Source: an uncultured delta proteobacterium (GTDB lineage: Bacteria > Myxococcota > Myxococcia > Myxococcales > Anaeromyxobacteraceae). From it: a stretch of DNA of 64,000 nt. The stretch is from assembly GCA_963828255.1 (NCBI GenBank), contig CAWHDZ010000025.1, forward strand, positions 80,627 to 144,626, in the 5' to 3' direction. A program made the translations under genes and the position numbers. This document shows, piece by piece, positions 60,403 through 64,000 of this stretch (positions are counted from its first letter, which is position 1; each line of letters opens with the position of its first letter). The notes beneath the pieces are model-generated. The model was given only the letters and a program-made list of their open reading frames with translations, was not told the DNA's origin and made no database searches.

Positions 60403-61144
60403 CCTCCGGAGCCGGACCGCCAGCCGCTCGGGGAGCCCCGCTGCGAGGATTCTTTTGGGCGGCCGCCTCCCAGTCGTAGGGCACGCGGTGAAAGGTCATG
60501 GTGCTTCGGTCCACGTCGAGCATGGCATAGCAGGCCGCCGTGTTTCCATCGCGCGGCTGGCCGGACGAGCCGGCGATGGCGAGCCACCGTCGCCGGGCCG
60601 GCACCGGGATGGGCACGCCGGGAACGGGCTTGAAGGGCACCGGGCGCGACCCGGGCAGCATGAAGTAGAGGGCCTGCTCGTGGACGTGGCCGCTCACCAC
60701 CCAGGTGGCGTCCCCGCTCCGGGCCAGCGAGGCCGATGCGGCCCGCGCGTCGGTCACGTAGACGTGCCCCTCGGGAGATGCCGCGCTGCCGTGCACGAGG
60801 TAGAGGGCGTCGCGCCGGAGCGAGAAGGGAAGCGATGCCAGGAAGGCGCGGTGCTCGGGCAGCAGGATCCCGCGGGTCCAGCCGACCGCCCGCTTGGCGG
60901 CCGTGTTCATCCCCTCCGCGGCCTTCTCGTCCAGGGCGGCGTCGTCGTGGTTGCCGCGGACCACCATGGCCCCGCGCGCGGCGTGCTCCATCACGAGGTC
61001 GAGCACCGCGTGGGGGTCGGCGCCGTACCCCACCAGGTCCCCCACGAAGGCGTGGCTGTCGGCGCCCTCCGCACGGGCGTGCTCGAGGCACGCCGAGAGC
61101 GCTTCCAGGTTCGAATGGATGTCGGCGAGGAGGGCGATCTTCAT
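60400..61144 (-). CDS. Metallophosphoesterase (calcineurin-like); 3' end ambiguous because of an apparent frameshift near 60453
   Basis: DIHSN, GDLVGYG, GNHD, HG, GHVH, GSSGQPRDG; as sequenced the frame runs on to 60194. Confidence 0.82.
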
Positions 61145-61357
61145 GATGACCGGTCGGCGACTGCCGGGGGCCACGCTACCACAGAAGGGAGATGATCCAG
61201 CGCAAACGTGGGCGCACGAACTGCGCACGTTCCGTGCGGGTTCATCCCCTTTCGGGTGCTCCCGCGTGCGCAATATTTTGCTTGCCTGGGCTGCAAATCC
61301 AGCGCTTCCGCTCTCCGTACAGGCTTGCTATAGGGGTCCGTCCCGCCAGGAGGGCAC

Positions 61358-61729
61358 ATGGAGAACCCAGTCACCGCCTCGTCACCGAACGTGAACCGCA
61401 CCACGCCCTCCGGACGGCACGCACGCCCCGGGCGAAGCGCCGCCGACGTCGTCGCCTCGCCCGAGTTCAAGGCGCTGGTCAAGCGCCGCTGGTCGGTGAG
61501 CATGGTGATGCTCGTCCTCCTCTTCGTCAGCTACTACGGCTACGTCCTGCTGGTGGCGGGGAACAAGGAGTTCGTCTCCCAGAAGATCGGCGAGTCCACC
61601 ACGCTGGCCATCCCGCTCGGCGTGGCCGTGATCGTCTTCGCCTGGCTCCTCACCGCCATCTACGTGGCCTGGGCCAACCGGTCCTACGACCCCGAGGTCG
61701 AGCGACTGAAGAACGAGATCCGCCACTAG
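61358..61729 (+). CDS. DUF485 (YjcH-like) membrane protein
   Basis: SPEFKALVKRR...LTAIYVAWAN..YD; directly upstream of actP. Confidence 0.88.
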   Translation: MENPVTASSPNVNRTTPSGRHARPGRSAADVVASPEFKALVKRRWSVSMVMLVLLFVSYYGYVLLVAGNKEFVSQKIGESTTLAIPLGVAVIVFAWLLTAIYVAWANRSYDPEVERLKNEIRH

Positions 61730-61763
61730 GCGGCGCGCCCCCGCGAACCCGGAGACCACCGCC

Positions 61764-63302
61764 ATGCAGAGCTCGCTCGGATCCCCCACCTCATCGTCCA
61801 TCGTCTTCTTCTTCCTCATCGTCGGCCTCACGCTCGTCGTCACCTACTGGGCGGCGCGGCGCACCAAGACCTCATCCGAGTTCTACGCCGCCGGCCGCTC
61901 CGTCTCGGCGCTGCAGAACGGGTTCGCCCTGGCCGGCGACTACATGTCGGCCGCCTCGTTCCTGGGAATCTCCGGCATGGTGGCCCTGCAGGGCTACGAC
62001 GGGATGATCTACGCCACCGGCTGGCTGGTGGGCTGGCCGGCGCTCATGTTCCTCGTGGCCGAGCCGCTCCGGAACCTGGGCAAGTTCACCTTCGCCGACG
62101 TGGTGGCCTTCCGGCTCCAGCAGCGCCCGGTGCGCATCGCCGCAGCGGTGGGCGGGATCCTGACCGTGCTCTTCTACACCATCGCCCAGATGGTCGGCTC
62201 CGGGCAGCTCATCAACCTCATGTTCGGCATCCCCTACGAGTGGGCCGAGATCATCGTGGGCTCGGTCATGCTCGCCTACGTGCTCTTCGGCGGCATGCTG
62301 GCCACCACCTGGGTCCAGATCATCAAGGCGGCCCTGCTGCTCGTCGGCGTCACCATCCTCACCATCCTGGTGATGGCGAAGTTCGCCTGGAGCCCCTCCA
62401 ACCTCTACAGCGCCGTGTCGGCCATGTACGGCCAGGGCGCGCTGCAGCCGGGCGGCTTCGTGACGAGCCCCATCGAGGGGATCTCGCTGGGACTGGCCCT
62501 GATGTTCGGGCTCCTCGGCCTGCCCCACATCCTGATGCGCTTCTACACGGTGCCCGACGCCAAGGCGGCCCGGAAGTCGGTGCTCTACGCCACCGGCCTC
62601 ATCGGCTACTTCTACGTCATCATCCCCATCGTGGGCTTCGGCGCCGCGGTGCTGGTGGGGCGCAACGTGATCAACAAGATCGCCCCGGGCGGCAACATGG
62701 CTGCCCCGCTGCTCGGCGAGCTGCTGGGCGGGCAGGCCTTCCTGGGCTTCATCTCGGCGGTGGCCTTCGCCACCATCCTCGCCGTGGTGGCCGGCCTCAC
62801 CCTCGCCGGCGCGTCGGCCTTCTCCCACGACATCTACGTGAGCGTCATCAAGCGCGGCAAGGCCAGCGAGGAGGACCAGCTCAAGGTCGCCCGCATCGCC
62901 ACCATCGTGTTCGGCGTCTGCGCCATCGCGCTGGGCATGGCCTTCAAGGGGCAGAACGTGGCCTTCATGGTGGGCCTGGCCTTCGCCATCGCCGCCAGCG
63001 CCAACTTCCCCGCGCTCCTGCTCTCCATCGTCTGGAAGCGGTTCACCACGCAGGGGGCCATCTGGTCCATCCTGGTGGGGGCCTTCGCCTCGGTCTCCCT
63101 GATCGTCCTCTCCCCCACGGTCTGGGTGGGCATCTTCAAGTTCCAGACCGCCATCTTCCCCATGAAGAACCCTGCCATCTTCTCGATGACGCTGGCCTTC
63201 GCGGTGGGGATCGTGGTCTCGCTGCTCACCCCCGAGAAGGAGGCGCAGGAGAAGTTCGAGGACGAGAAGGTGCGGACGTACCTGGGGGTCGGCGCGGAGT
63301 AG
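61764..63302 (+). CDS. actP: Cation/acetate symporter
   Basis: NGFALAGDYMSAASFLG, GLPHILMRFYTVP, AVAFATILAVVAGL, AASANFP. Confidence 0.93.
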   Translation: MQSSLGSPTSSSIVFFFLIVGLTLVVTYWAARRTKTSSEFYAAGRSVSALQNGFALAGDYMSAASFLGISGMVALQGYDGMIYATGWLVGWPALMFLVAEPLRNLGKFTFADVVAFRLQQRPVRIAAAVGGILTVLFYTIAQMVGSGQLINLMFGIPYEWAEIIVGSVMLAYVLFGGMLATTWVQIIKAALLLVGVTILTILVMAKFAWSPSNLYSAVSAMYGQGALQPGGFVTSPIEGISLGLALMFGLLGLPHILMRFYTVPDAKAARKSVLYATGLIGYFYVIIPIVGFGAAVLVGRNVINKIAPGGNMAAPLLGELLGGQAFLGFISAVAFATILAVVAGLTLAGASAFSHDIYVSVIKRGKASEEDQLKVARIATIVFGVCAIALGMAFKGQNVAFMVGLAFAIAASANFPALLLSIVWKRFTTQGAIWSILVGAFASVSLIVLSPTVWVGIFKFQTAIFPMKNPAIFSMTLAFAVGIVVSLLTPEKEAQEKFEDEKVRTYLGVGAE

Positions 63303-63306
63303 CGGC

Positions 63307-63435
63307 GGATCGCCTTCGTTCCGGCAGGCCGGATGCCGCCGGGCGCCTGGACGTCGCTCTCCGGTCCGGCGGGCGTCCAGGATCGCCTTCGTTCCGCCAG
63401 GCCGGATGCCGCCGGCGCCTGGACGTCGCTCTCCG
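63307..63435. repeat. Two near-identical ~56-bp direct repeats, period 73 bp
   Basis: GGATCGCCTTCGTTCCG(G/C)CAGGCCGGATGCCGCCGG(G)CGCCTGGACGTCGCTCTCCG at 63307 and 63380. Confidence 0.85.
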
Positions 63436-64000
63436 CGGCGCTGGTCCTCCCGGCGGTGGTGCACTGCGGGTGAATGGCGCCGGGTCACGCCGGGCCAGAG
63501 CAGCGCCCGTCCCCGGCGCCCGGTGCGGAGGCGCCGCTGCGAGCGACGCCCGCGCCGGCTGGGACGGCCCGGGCCGAAGGCGACGCGAACACCACGCCTC
63601 GTGGGGAGATCAGGGTGGCCACCCGTCGAGCGGCGTCCGCCGGGGCGCGACGGGCGGGGCCGACGCCGACCCGCCCGCGCACGCCGCGTGAAGATCGCGG
63701 CTGACCCGCCTCGTCGCGGGACCCGCCTTTCCGCCAGGCGGGACGGGTGGCCTCGGCGCGGGGTGCCTCCGCAGCGGGCGCCGATCCTGCGTCGCTCTGG
63801 CCACGGTGTTCGCGGCGCCAAACGGCGGCGGAATCCCGACCCGCGAGGACCAGCACCCCCAGCGACGACCGGCCACCCGGACCCCGCCGGCACCGCGAAA
63901 GGAGTCCCGCCACGAGGGCGGACGGCCCGGGCCTTCAGCCGAGTTCCGGCACGTGGCGTGCGAGGATCTGGTGGAGCGTCCCGAGCTCCGGCCGGCGGGA

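Noticed and set aside
63307..63435. CRISPR array
   Set aside because: Only two long units, a 16-bp spacer and no cas genes

Overview
Very GC-rich bacterial DNA. The gene repertoire (DUF4388 proteins, PEGA/TPR proteins, Ser/Thr kinases, FHA-GAF-cyclase, Geobacter-type citrate synthase) points to an Anaeromyxobacter-like myxobacterium; this is an inference. Most of the window is housekeeping or signalling: truD, acnA, gltA, pckG, smpB, panBC, rsmA, tsaD, trmL, and an actP/DUF485/DUF294/exonuclease neighbourhood. It also holds a hydrogenase-4-like (Ehr) operon whose large subunit lacks the NiFe-binding cysteines. The main candidate for an undescribed system is a minus-strand cluster at about 24.5-32.2 kb. 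It encodes a 61-aa peptide with a lasso-type leader (YQPPRI...T at -2, predicted core QFTGGSGEPGGMVGPGPG), a radical SAM enzyme, a leader peptidase fused N-terminal to an RRE/PqqD domain, a nucleotidyltransferase and an HPrK-like kinase. No lasso cyclase is present, and the precursor sits between two beta-propeller lipoprotein genes. Three genes carry single-base frameshifts at homopolymer runs, probably sequencing errors. No rRNA, tRNA, CRISPR array or intact transposase was recognised. All family assignments come from reading motifs by eye, not from database searches.
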